A stretch of 64,000 bases of DNA from an uncultured Acidobacteriota bacterium (GTDB lineage: Bacteria > Acidobacteriota > Polarisedimenticolia > J045), in assembly GCA_963702425.1 (NCBI GenBank), contig CAVPCQ010000012.1:32001-96000 (forward strand), read 5' to 3'. The notes below the pieces were generated by a model that saw only the letters and a list, made by a program, of their open reading frames with translations, searched no databases and was not told where the DNA came from. The position numbers and the translations under genes are program-made. Positions 40,401 to 47,189 of this stretch are shown one piece after another. Numbering within the stretch: the stretch's first letter is position 1; each line of letters opens with the position of its first letter.

Positions 40401-42146
40401 AACAATCCCCCGCTTCCGCAGGTAGTGCGCCAGCTGGTTTGCACGCCGCTCGAGGACGTCGTAGGTCAGGCTCACTCCGGCGTACGACACCGCCTCGGCG
40501 TGCGGCGTCCGGGCGACCTGTTCCTCGAACAGGCGGTCGACGGTCTTGTCGTGGGGGTACGCCGTCCTCGTGTCGTTCCATTCTACGATCGCCCGGCGTC
40601 GCTCCTCCTCGTCGAGGATCGGAAGGAGCGACAGGCGCGTGTCTGATTGCCGTGCGATCGCTGCGAGAAGGTTGACATAGTGCTTCTGTAGTCGTTCCGC
40701 AGTCGCGAGCTCGAAGAGTCTCTTGTTGTAGACTAGCCGCCCCTGGAAGGCACCGTCTCGGGCGTTAAGATAGAGCTCAAGATCAAAGCGTGTCGTGACA
40801 GCGCCGAGGTCGAACGACTCGACCGTCAATCCCCGCAGGACGAGGTCCTGCATCGGTGTATTCTGGAAGGCGAACGTGATCTGGAACAGCGGATTGCGGC
40901 TCGGATCTCGCGCCGGGTTGAGTTCGTCGACGAGTCTCTCGAATGGGATGTCCTGATGGTCGTACGCGCCGAGTGAGACCTGCTTCACACGCTCCAGAAG
41001 CTCGGTGAACGAGGGATCGCCGGACAGGTCGATGCGAAAGACCACGGTGTTCGCGAAGAAGCCGAGCAGGCCTTCGACCTCGGCGTTCGTGCGGTTCGCG
41101 ATCGGCGAGCCGACGACGACTTCATCCTGTCCGGTGTATCGCGCCAGCAGAGCGGCATACGCCGCGAGGAACGTCATGGCTGGGGTTGCGCCCGATTCCT
41201 GGCCGAGGGCCGTCAGATCGGCGCACAGATCCCGTGGCACCGCGAATCGAAGGTCCGCCCCTTCGAAAGTCTGTTGAGGTGGGCGCGTGCGGTCGGCCGG
41301 TATCTCGATGACAGGCAGGTCACTCAACTGTTCGGTCCAGTACTCGAGCATCGCGGCGAGAACGTCACCACACAACCAGTTGCGCTGCCAGACGGCGAAA
41401 TCGGCAAACTGCACGGGAGGGCGTGGCAGTGGGGACGTGGCCCCCTCGACGATCGCTCGATACTCTACCCCCAGCTCGTGTTTGAGGACGCCTGTCGACC
41501 AGCCGTCGAACACGATGTGATGAACCGCGACGAAAAGGACATGATTGTTGTCCGCGAGGCGATAGAGGCGGACGCGGAACAGCGGTCCGTGCTCCAGGTC
41601 GAACCTTCTCGTTGTTTCCTGCGAGGCCAGGCGCCGGACCTCCGCTTCGCGTACGGCGGCATCGAGACCCCCGAGATCGATCACTTCGAACGGCAATTCG
41701 ACCGAGGACTCGATGCGCTCCACCGGGCGGCCATCCACTGATGGGAAGGTCGTGCGGAGCGCCTCGTGCCGTTCCACGACAGCCTCGAAGGCGCGTCGCA
41801 GAGCTACGACGTCCAACCGACCGATGAGCCGCTCAGCAAATCGAATGTTGTACGCCGCGCCGGCGCCCATCTGGTCGACGAACCACAAGCCCTCCTGGTT
41901 GAACGCCAGGGGGGGGGGCTCGCTGGTCGATCGTGGGGCCAACGGCGGCCGATCTGCCTCGATCGCAGCCACGCGCCGGAGGTGCGTGATCAGCTCGTCA
42001 CGCGCAGATCGCAGCTCGTCCCGCAACTCGGGCGTCATGATCCCTTCCGGCGCGTCGAAACGGAGCCGCTCGCCATCGAGCCAAAGACGGATCCCGGCGT
42101 GCCCGAGCCGATTCAACAAGTCAGCCGGCGACTGTCCCGTTCTCAT
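28461..42146 (-). CDS. Trimodular NRPS (2nd subunit): TubC-N-type docking-C-A(Ile)/MT-PCP-C-A(Gly)-PCP-C-A(X)/MT-PCP-E
   Basis: True start most likely ATG 42146 (MRTGQSPADLLNRLGHAGIRLWLDGERLRFDAP), in an ATGA overlap with the upstream stop. The track's 43145 start overlaps the upstream NRPS and is non-protein-like. A codes DAFFLGVTFK, DILQLGMVWK, DAYTAALIWK; two methyltransferase insertions; PCP GGDSI followed by E domain HHLAVDAVSW/EGHGRD. Confidence 0.93.
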   Translation of the reverse strand: MRTGQSPADLLNRLGHAGIRLWLDGERLRFDAPEGIMTPELRDELRSARDELITHLRRVAAIEADRPPLAPRSTSEPPPLAFNQEGLWFVDQMGAGAAYNIRFAERLIGRLDVVALRRAFEAVVERHEALRTTFPSVDGRPVERIESSVELPFEVIDLGGLDAAVREAEVRRLASQETTRRFDLEHGPLFRVRLYRLADNNHVLFVAVHHIVFDGWSTGVLKHELGVEYRAIVEGATSPLPRPPVQFADFAVWQRNWLCGDVLAAMLEYWTEQLSDLPVIEIPADRTRPPQQTFEGADLRFAVPRDLCADLTALGQESGATPAMTFLAAYAALLARYTGQDEVVVGSPIANRTNAEVEGLLGFFANTVVFRIDLSGDPSFTELLERVKQVSLGAYDHQDIPFERLVDELNPARDPSRNPLFQITFAFQNTPMQDLVLRGLTVESFDLGAVTTRFDLELYLNARDGAFQGRLVYNKRLFELATAERLQKHYVNLLAAIARQSDTRLSLLPILDEEERRRAIVEWNDTRTAYPHDKTVDRLFEEQVARTPHAEAVSYAGVSLTYDVLERRANQLAHYLRKRGIVRGSLVAICMERSTDFIVGLLGILKAGGAYVPLDADYPKQRLALMLADAKVPVLLTNGRTRDDLPEHPGETVCLDREGPVIAQERESAILRDASAEDLAYVIYTSGSTGMPKGVCIPHRGITRLVLETDYCQLEPSDRIAQASNASFDAATFEIWGGLLNGATVIGISKEVSLSARQFAEALREDRITTLFLTTALFNQASLEIPDIFGGLRHLLFGGEMVDPRRVRAVLAEGRPQRLLHVYGPTECTTFSTWYEVQELPEDALTVPIGRPIANSTMYVLDRSLNPVPVGVLGELYLGGDGLAVRYHERPELTAETFIPDPFAGSPAAKMYRTGDVVRYRPDGAIEFVGRNDHQVKLRGFRIELGEIEAVIKQYEAVSTSVVTVQESGEANKRLVAYVVPKLASDHGAELDRASEDRVDEWQSLHDELIYRDIEGDPNARRDAPFNSAGWLSTYTGESLSPEDVHEHVDRTIDRMLDGACARVLEIGCRTGLLLFAALSRCRTYWATDFSRVALDYVGRQLEAIGSGQADVRLMQRTATDFEGIDENSFDLAVLDSVVQHYPTMEYLDTVLDRAIRAVVPGGRVLIGDVRSLPLLEVFQTSVQWCKAGRELTVGQLRQRIRQSVLQEQELVIDPEYFLGLQARNPKVSHVEILLKRGHATNELTKYRYDVILHVSSERPSFAPDTWVDWEQTGLALESVRRRLDARPRQPLAIRAVPNGRLREDLAIVAALAEADRDEPIGRVRSSRICGIDPEALWDLGSSSGYSVTLQWSDSGPGGRFDVVFTPQPAEGDIAPIVVTPVTAEQRRSRDLRSCGTDPLRARTMSQLIPGLREHIAQHLPEYMIPSAFVLMDALPLTPNGKVDRQALPEPDSSRPGLSTVFEAPRNAVEGTLCAIWAELLGLERIGIHDDFFEMGGHSLLATQVMSRIRERFGCDVALRRLFDHATVAGLAAVVQGEQTGVPEAVPIASIPRDGDLPLSFAQQRLWFLDQLEPGGTGYNAAMSLRLRGALDATALRCGLDELVRRHETLRTAFRSEEGVPRQCVMDPTPADFEFVDLTTVPAEIREDEAQRHARGELERPFDLAAGRPLRARLIRLAAEDHVLLLTVHHIVFDGWSLGVLHRELGALYATFARGETAQLPSLGIQYADFAVWQRQWLSGPVWERQASYWRAQLADATPMDIPTDRPRPAIQTFCAARERIVLPARLSDAIDKLGRQLDATTFMTLLAAFNVMLRRYSGQGDIVVGSPIANRNRIEIEHLIGFFVNSLVMRTDLSGNPTFCQLVRRVRNVALEAYQNQDIPFEHLVEELRPERDLSRNPIFQILFAVHESGMENLELPGIEVTRFERGQATTRLDLEVHVFRSGESATVTFLYNTDLFDRSTIERMARQYERLLEDIIANPERTIDDLRLMSDADRRRVLVELNDSAASYAESCCVHEFIEAQAERDPEAVAVILAGGEHAHCGMPLTYRELNRRSNRLAHRLRSKGVAPGSRVGLLVDRGPGILVGMLGILKAGGAYVPLDVANPKERLAFILDDTSIETLVSDSVVSDRVGEFGGEIILLDDGDGAFERYSDANPDPVAKSSDLAYVIYTSGSTGRPKGVEVTHRNLVNFLESMRRAPGFAAEDVLLAVTTPSFDIAALELFLPLVAGGSVVIAAQDAVSDGEQLQVLLDEHAVTVMQGTPATWQLLVHSGWGGKPGLKMLCGGEALPRPLAGALLQRGGELWNMYGPTETTVWSAVAQVEDEDEKGAGPMPIGRPIANTFLYVLDRQNRPVPEGVVGELWIGGDGVARGYLNRPELTAERFMADPFRDESGARMYRTGDLVRWDSRGRLLYLGRIDDQVKLRGFRIELGEIESVLAEHPDVEQAAAIVRGQGENRHLVAFAVAREGGQASPARLREFLRGRLPDYMVPSAIAFVDALPLGASGKIDRKRLAAIETGLEAEARTYTAPRGPEEEAVVAAFSEVLGVEVVGAHENFFELGGHSLLATRLVSRIRSTLRVELPLRDVFEHPTVAGLATRVRAARQSIEAVESAAPIRQVPRDRDLELSFAQRRLWVLDQMGTGAAYNMSHTYRLRGTLDRDALEGSLRDLISRHEVLRTRFDVRDGHPYQIIDESVDLTLEATDLSSVPESDRDVEIQALIARGTDRAFDLSAGPLIRARLVDLGSGEYVLLLNVHHIVTDAWSIGLITRDLAALYEARLTGEPPRLPSLSVHYADFAAWQVERMQGETLERQLSYWKNQLSGDLPVLNLPTDRPRPPLQTFHGAARQVALSRELSEAVSRLARKEGVTVAMVMLAAFQVLLSKYTGQEDVVIGSPIANRTRSEIEDLIGIFVNSLVLRTDLSGDPTFSEVLRRVQKLSLDAYDHQDLPFERLVYELNPERDLAQNPLFQVVFAMQNVPRTALELPGLVIEDYPAEVRTIRTDLELFLIEQPSGFRGMFVYNVDLFDASTVDRMATHLTTLLEGAVSDPGKRIGELPLLDPAERHRIVAEWNETAADYPDDIGIHRLFEARVAESPDLTALLHRGREWTYRELESRANRVAHALLARGVRRNSLVGLCFERTPEMIVGMLGILKAGGAYVPIDPTYPRDRVAFMLADSGVETLLTQAHLRDALPPHAADVLCLDADWPSIEAFPADNPAVDVSPDDLAYAIYTSGSTGTPKCALLQHRGLCNVPGECARVLDIRPGSRVLQFASLSFDAATYEIVGALANGATLVLGDPDELLPGPDLLAFLKRHAIEIMTLPPTALAVLPVDELPALRTVAVAGEPCFPDLVERWAPGRRFFNLYGPTETTIWATRAQLRPGEPVHIGRPIANTRVYILDRHLEPVPAGVPGELCIGGVGVARGYRNRAELTAERFVPDPFCEEPDARLYRTQDLARFRADGNIEFLGRIDHQVKVRGYRIELGEIEAAIDRHPSVRESVVLAREDAPGDRRLVAYITEAPAAERSGSDLGEKVRQDDHVSHWETLYEQSYDATRALDAGMFNISGWNSSYTNDPIPAEEMRKWVDGTVEAILAHHPQRVLELGCGNGLLLFRVAPHCEQYLGCDFAQAALDYIEGNLGVLGEAAGAVTLRRQRADDFTGIGKGAFDTIVLNSVVQYFPAADYLLRVLEGAIDAVGPGGRIFIGDVRSLPLFRAFHTSVQAFRAEPELSAVQLRQRVDHHLNQDQELVVEPELFVGLQRLFPRVTRVSIRPKVGGYDNELSRFRYDVTLHLDEPAVETPAVRWLDWDPGRSNPEALEHELAGSEPEVLGIRGVPNARVLADVFAAERLDDDRCPSTAGALIEEARKAASGIGVDPDRFVSMSQHLPYDVLVDWAAPRHDGAYDVLFVRRNGGPSGPPRPVAFPRATPRTRPWANYTNDPLRGRRVRQLVPELRRHLQATLPEFMVPSAFVVLDRFPTTPSGKVDRKTLPAPDAVRPESAGAFALPRNKAEEILSSVWARVLGIERIGIHDNFFELGGDSILSIQVVAAAREAGLRFGARDLFQHQTVAELAAAAQLLLHDDADQGPVTGPMPLTPIELWFLNQHPRDAHHFNQALFLESTEVLDSDVVREGLQHLIEHHDALRSRLRRDHGGWIKEIVEPGVEVPLETVEVPALDARARRAFVEREAARVQASLDLEHGPLLRLALFRTPGIADHLLFVIHHLAVDAVSWPILVQDLQSALDSLRRGQPVVFPPKSTSVTRWAEALAEHAATPKLLDQAAYWLELPLQDVGRVPRDHDDGDNTVSSVGTATVSLSESSTTALLQRVPAAYGTRINDVLLTALARTLGRWTGSECHIVDVEGHGRDPFADGLDPSRTVGWFTSIYPVLLAAPAGQPPGDALKETKQRLHSLPDGGRAHGLVRWVAPDAALSNLLRRIPPAEIAFNYLGRFDGTDGTGGGLLRPSDWPCGPMRSPRMRRAHLLEINAVVQGGRFAVTWAFSRAVHREETVKQLAGAFLDELTSLIEHCESPEAGGYTPSDFGKFGWDQDDLDDILSEAGEGK

Positions 42147-45100
42147 ATCTCCCCCTCGACTCTGGCCCCGCCATCCGTCGTCACCGCCGGTGCACTGCCG
42201 CAGGTGCCCGACGATTGATTCACCCACTCCGCGATCCGTGCCACGGTCGGCATGCGGAAGAAGCGGCTGAGGGGCATCCTGACCCCGAATTCTTGCGTGA
42301 TCCGGATCAAGACCTGTGTTGCGACGAGAGAGTGCCCTCCGAGGTGGAAGAAGTCGTCGTGGACACCGATGGTCTCGACGCCGAGGACGACACGCCAGAT
42401 GGCCGTGATCCGCTCCTCCGTCTCGTTCCGCGGACCGACGTATGCCTCCTCCGATGTGCGATCCGCCGCAGGCGACGGAAGCGCGCGGCGATCGACCTTC
42501 CCATTTGCGGTGAGGGGCAACGAGTCGAGAGACACGAACGTCGCCGGCACCATGTAGTCCGGCATGGACCCGCTCAGGGCGCTTCGCAGGTCCGCCGGTG
42601 ATAATGCCTGCGCTCCGCTTCCGACGACGTATGCTACCAGGTACTTGTCTCCCTTCCCATCTTCCACGCAGGTGACCACGGCGTCCCGCACCTCGGGCCG
42701 CTGGAGCAGTGCGGCCTCGATCTCTCCCAACTCGATGCGGAATCCACGGATCTTGACCTGCTCGTCGTTGCGACCCTGGTACTCCAGGTCCCGATCGGGT
42801 CGGTATCGCGCGACGTCTCCGGTGCGGTACAGCCTGGCGTCGGGTTCGTTCCGGAACGGGTTGCGCACGAAGCGTTCGGCGGTCAACTCCGGTCGATCGA
42901 GGTAGCCTCGGGCAACCCCGGCGCCGCCGACGTACATCTCGCCGGGCACCCCAATCGGGACCGGCCGCATCTGGGCGTCGAGCAGGTAGACCTGCAGGTC
43001 CGGAATCGGGACGCCAATCAAGCTCCCGGTGGCGTTCCTGGCGTCGGCCGCGGTCAGCGGGCGGTAGGTCACATGCACTGTCGTCTCGGTGATGCCGTAC
43101 ATGTTGACCAGCCGTGGCTTCGTGTCGCCGTGGCGATCGAACCATGGCCCGAGGCTATGCAGTTCGAGGGCCTCTCCGCCGAAGACCACGAAGCGGAGGG
43201 CCAGGTCGTGATTGGCGTGCAGGGCTTCATCGGCGACCATGAGCTGGCGGAACGCCGACGGCGTCTGGTTCAGCACCGTGATCCGTTCCCGGGCCAGCAG
43301 GCGGTAGAACTCCTCTGGCGACCGGCTGATCCAGTACGGCACGACCACGAGGCGGCCTCCGTACAGCAGGGCCCCCCAGATCTCCCACACCGAGAAGTCG
43401 AATGCACACGAATGGAATAGCGTCCAGACGTCGGTCGAATCGAAGTGGAACCACTCCTCCGTGGCGGAGAACAGCCGGACTACCGAGGCGTGCTCGATCA
43501 GGACTCCCTTCGGCTTCCCCGTGGAGCCAGAGGTGTAGATGACGTACGCCAGGTTCTCCTTGCCCACGCCGCTCGCCGGTCTCTCGTCGCTCTCCCTGTC
43601 GATGGCATCGCTGTCGCGGTCCAGGCAGATGACCTCGGCCGCGTGCTTCGGGAGCTTCTCGAGCTGGCCACTCTGGGTGACCAGCACCCCGACCGCGGTA
43701 TCCTCCAATATGAACGCGATCCGGTCCGCCGGATTCGCCAGGTCCAAAGGCACGTATGCGCCGCCGGCCTTCAGGATGCCCAGAATACCGACCACCGTCT
43801 CGATACTGCGTTCGACGCACAGACCAACCAGCACGTCCGGACCCACACCCCGGTCACGGAGTGCATGAGCCAGCCGGTTCGCGCGAACGTCCAGCTCCCG
43901 GTAGGTGAGGGACCGGTCATCGAACGTCAGGGCGACGGCGTCGGGCGTGCGCGCCACCTGCCTCTCGAACAACTCGTGGAGGCACCCCTCCACGGGATAG
44001 GACACGGACACGTCGTTCCACCGCTCGAGCAGCGTTTCCCGCTCCTCGTCGTCGATCAACACGATGTCCGACAGGCGGGCATCTGGGTCCTTCACGACCT
44101 CTGCGAGGGCCCTCAGGTAGTGACGCTTCAGACGTTCCATGGTGGACGCATCGAACAGGCCGGCGTCGTAGACGAAGATCAGCGCGAGCGATGTAGCATT
44201 CTTGTAGACGTTGAAGATGAGGTCGTAGTGCGGGTCCAGAGGTGAAGAAGCGACGCGCTCAGCTTTCAGGTAAGGTAGCCCCGAGTCGATGCGTGATACG
44301 TCGATGACGGTACAGAGCACCTGCGGAAAGGTCCCGGGGGAAGGCCGCCGTGCCGGGTCCATTCGTTCGATCACGGTCTCGAACGGAATCTCGGAGTGGC
44401 TGTAGGCGTCGCGGGCCACTCCTCGGACTCGAGCCAGCAGCTCGCGGACGGTGGGGTTGCCCGCAAGGTCCGTGCGGAGGACGACCGCATTGATGAACAC
44501 TCCCAGCAGGGATTGGAACTCCGGAGGCGTTCGGCCCCCCGTGACCATCCCGATTCCGATGTCGGTGTTCCCAGTGTAGCGATGCAGCGTGAGTGTCAGC
44601 GCAGCGAGTAGTACGTCCAGTACGGACACCCGCTCGGCAGACCGAAGGCGATGGAGCGCTTCGAGGAGCGGCCCCTCGACGGTCGCCTCGACCAGCCCGC
44701 CTCGCCGCCGAGCGTCCTGCACCCGCGGTCGATCGGTGCGCAGCTCAAGGCGGGCGGGGCCATCCCGGAACCGATCCAGCCAGTAGGCCAGCTCGCCCTC
44801 CAGCTCTGTCCCGTGCGCTCGCTCGTGGCTCCAGCGGGCGTACTGTCCATACTGGACTTCCAGTGGCGGGAGCGGATTGTCGCGACCCTCGTGATACGCC
44901 TCGTAGAGGGCGAAGAGCTCACGATAGAGTTTATCGACGCTGCTGCCGCCTTCGAACACGATGTGGTGCAGTACAAGGAGCAACACGTGATGCTCTTCCC
45001 CCAGACGGAACAACTGCGCAGTCAGCAGCGGGCCGCGTCTCAGGTCGAAACTCACGCGCCGTGATGCCCGGATCCGCTGGAAGAGTTCCGACTCGCGTTC

Positions 45101-45418
45101 TGCCAGATCGACTCCGGACAGGTCGTGAACGGCGATGCGCAGCTCGAAAGCTGGGTTGACGATTTGTCGAACTTGGCAATTGACGACATCGAAAGTCGTA
45201 CGCAGCACCTCGTGACGCTCGACGATCGTCTGCAAGGCGCGAGCGAGCGAGTCAATATCCAGTGGGCCCCGAAGCCGCAGCGTCGCACCGATCCTGATCC
45301 CGCCATGATCCGGATCCAACTGATCGAGCAGCCAGAACCGCTCCTGGGTCGGCGACAGCGGGTGGGTGCGATCGTCAGCGTCAGACTGACGATGCCCCGA
45401 CTTGGTCGTTTCACTCAT
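42143..45418 (-). CDS. NRPS initiation subunit: C(atypical)-A(Thr)-PCP
   Basis: C motif HHIVFEG; A code DFWNVGMVHK (Thr) with 'YGITETTVHVT'; PCP GGHSL; C-terminal 'RVEGEI' docking peptide. Confidence 0.93.
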   Translation of the reverse strand: MSETTKSGHRQSDADDRTHPLSPTQERFWLLDQLDPDHGGIRIGATLRLRGPLDIDSLARALQTIVERHEVLRTTFDVVNCQVRQIVNPAFELRIAVHDLSGVDLAERESELFQRIRASRRVSFDLRRGPLLTAQLFRLGEEHHVLLLVLHHIVFEGGSSVDKLYRELFALYEAYHEGRDNPLPPLEVQYGQYARWSHERAHGTELEGELAYWLDRFRDGPARLELRTDRPRVQDARRRGGLVEATVEGPLLEALHRLRSAERVSVLDVLLAALTLTLHRYTGNTDIGIGMVTGGRTPPEFQSLLGVFINAVVLRTDLAGNPTVRELLARVRGVARDAYSHSEIPFETVIERMDPARRPSPGTFPQVLCTVIDVSRIDSGLPYLKAERVASSPLDPHYDLIFNVYKNATSLALIFVYDAGLFDASTMERLKRHYLRALAEVVKDPDARLSDIVLIDDEERETLLERWNDVSVSYPVEGCLHELFERQVARTPDAVALTFDDRSLTYRELDVRANRLAHALRDRGVGPDVLVGLCVERSIETVVGILGILKAGGAYVPLDLANPADRIAFILEDTAVGVLVTQSGQLEKLPKHAAEVICLDRDSDAIDRESDERPASGVGKENLAYVIYTSGSTGKPKGVLIEHASVVRLFSATEEWFHFDSTDVWTLFHSCAFDFSVWEIWGALLYGGRLVVVPYWISRSPEEFYRLLARERITVLNQTPSAFRQLMVADEALHANHDLALRFVVFGGEALELHSLGPWFDRHGDTKPRLVNMYGITETTVHVTYRPLTAADARNATGSLIGVPIPDLQVYLLDAQMRPVPIGVPGEMYVGGAGVARGYLDRPELTAERFVRNPFRNEPDARLYRTGDVARYRPDRDLEYQGRNDEQVKIRGFRIELGEIEAALLQRPEVRDAVVTCVEDGKGDKYLVAYVVGSGAQALSPADLRSALSGSMPDYMVPATFVSLDSLPLTANGKVDRRALPSPAADRTSEEAYVGPRNETEERITAIWRVVLGVETIGVHDDFFHLGGHSLVATQVLIRITQEFGVRMPLSRFFRMPTVARIAEWVNQSSGTCGSAPAVTTDGGARVEGEI

Positions 45419-46036
45419 TCGGCTCTTCCCTTACGTGCTGCCACGGCACCCATCGCGCTCATCGATGTCGCCCGCGTGCACAGGATCTGCGCCTGGACCG
45501 ACACTCGCTGGCTCGAACGGCTCCGGATTCGGTGCGCCCGACGGATCTGCGGACGGCCACGACGGACCGCCGGATGCCACCACGTCCAACGGCCCTGTCA
45601 CAGGGCTGCCCGTTTCCGGTATCGTGGCGAGATACGCGCGCCGCTGCTTCTCGCAGCCGCTGCCTATTCGCCATCCCTCCGACGCGCTCGTGAAGCCTGC
45701 CGAGCGAGGACGCTGCAAGTCAGAGGGTACGAGCTGCGGCGCGCACCGCTTTGCTTTCCCACCGGCACGCTCACTGAATGGCGCTTCGCACTCAATGACA
45801 CCGGACGCGTTGCACCGAACGCGGCCCCCGACGAACGCCCCGCGGCGCCGAGTTCGAATCCCATCCAGTACGTCTGCGCTTGCCAGTTCGCAGTCCGCAG
45901 GCGCACATGCGTGCGCTTCGTGCCCTGCATCGACGCGCTCGCGCGCATGACGCTCCATCCGCGTCTCCATCGCGCCGTCGATTCGCGATCGAACCGAATG
46001 CAAGCTGGAGCATCCCGCGAGGCGCTGCATTGTGCG

Positions 46037-47188
46037 TCACCTGTCCGCGCGGAGACGGTTGTCGACGAATTGACAGATGCCTCGTGCCATCTCGTCCCAC
46101 GAAAATCCACGCACCCGCTCGAGGCCCGCCGCGATCAGCCGATCCCGTAGCGCATCGTCGGAAAGTCCCTGACGCATCCCGCCAGCAATCTCCTCTTCCG
46201 AATGCGGATCGACGAGAATCGCGGCATCACCGGCGACCTCGGCAAGGGACCCGGCCCTCGAACTCACGATCGGAACACCGCACGTCATCGCCTCGAGCAG
46301 AGGAAGACCGAAGCCTTCGTACAGCGAGGGGTAGACGAACAGGTCGGCCTGGTTGTACAGCTGAAGGAGATCCTCGTCGCTGACGTAGCCTGTCAGCCGT
46401 ACTCGGTTGGTGAGTCCTCGCTGCTCGGTAAGTGCCGCGAGCTTCGACGATTTCCAGCCGGCGCGGCCGACCAGAACGAGCTCGTGCGGTAGCTTCTCAT
46501 CTTCGACGAGCCTCGAATAGGCGCGAATCATCCGCTCCAGGTTCTTCCGGGGCTCAAGGCTGCACACCGACAGGATGAACGGTCGCTCTACTCCAAGCCG
46601 CGTGAGTGTAGCGGGCGAGCGCTCTTCCGGATTCAGTCGACGGAGAATCGGGTTGATTCCCTCCGGAACGATGCAGACCAAGTCCTCTCCAACGCTGCGG
46701 ATGCTGCAAATGTCCCGATACGTTGCGCGGGTAAAGGTGATCAGGCCGCTGCTGAAATGGGTCGCAAGGAGGAGCCAGCAGCATTGCTTGATCCACTCGG
46801 TGGCCCGGTAACTGCGCGGACAGTGCCACCATTCGAGGCCGTGCACCATCGTGAATCGCGCCACTGAGCCAAACGGGAACTTCGTATTCGGGCTGATCAC
46901 TGCGTCCAGTTCCTGCTCGCGTGCGACCCGGGGAATCTGCCACGCAATCCAAGCGTCGGCGACCTTCTGTGCTCGCGGGTAACTCACCGGTACGACCAGA
47001 GTTCCTCCCGGCAGTCCGCGCGTGATGTGCTCCGGAGGCGGTCGATCGAACAGCAGCCAGTACTCGTGCGCGTCATGGCCGACGCGGTTCAGAGATTCGA
47101 TGAAGTGATGAACGACACGTTCAACGCCGGTGCGTTGCGGTACCATGAGGTCTCGGGCGTCGATCGCTATGCGCAATGTGGGAAGCAC
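46037..47188 (-). CDS. Glycosyltransferase family 4 (MtfB/WbaZ-like)
   Basis: 'RIAIDAR...TGVER', 'EPRKNL', 'FVYPSLYEGFGLPLLEAMTCG' (EX7E). Probable GTG start at 47188, just after the upstream stop. Confidence 0.92.
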   Translation of the reverse strand: MLPTLRIAIDARDLMVPQRTGVERVVHHFIESLNRVGHDAHEYWLLFDRPPPEHITRGLPGGTLVVPVSYPRAQKVADAWIAWQIPRVAREQELDAVISPNTKFPFGSVARFTMVHGLEWWHCPRSYRATEWIKQCCWLLLATHFSSGLITFTRATYRDICSIRSVGEDLVCIVPEGINPILRRLNPEERSPATLTRLGVERPFILSVCSLEPRKNLERMIRAYSRLVEDEKLPHELVLVGRAGWKSSKLAALTEQRGLTNRVRLTGYVSDEDLLQLYNQADLFVYPSLYEGFGLPLLEAMTCGVPIVSSRAGSLAEVAGDAAILVDPHSEEEIAGGMRQGLSDDALRDRLIAAGLERVRGFSWDEMARGICQFVDNRLRADR

Positions 47189-47189
47189 A

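Noticed and set aside
42147-43145. N-terminal 333-aa extension of the 4894-aa ORF in the track
   Set aside because: Overlaps the Thr NRPS in another frame and is Arg/Gly-rich noise; the docking domain and ATGA coupling place the start at 42146.
4734-45418. Identity with didemnin- or pepstatin-type clusters
   Set aside because: Shares building blocks (isostatine, Thr, Pro, an N-methyl-D-residue, two statines), but module order and content differ and there are no hydroxy-acid modules.
45431-46030. 199-aa ORF or structured RNA between the GT4 and the first NRPS gene
   Set aside because: No protein motif, no convincing RNA family or sigma54 box found by eye; treated as probable intergenic/promoter DNA.
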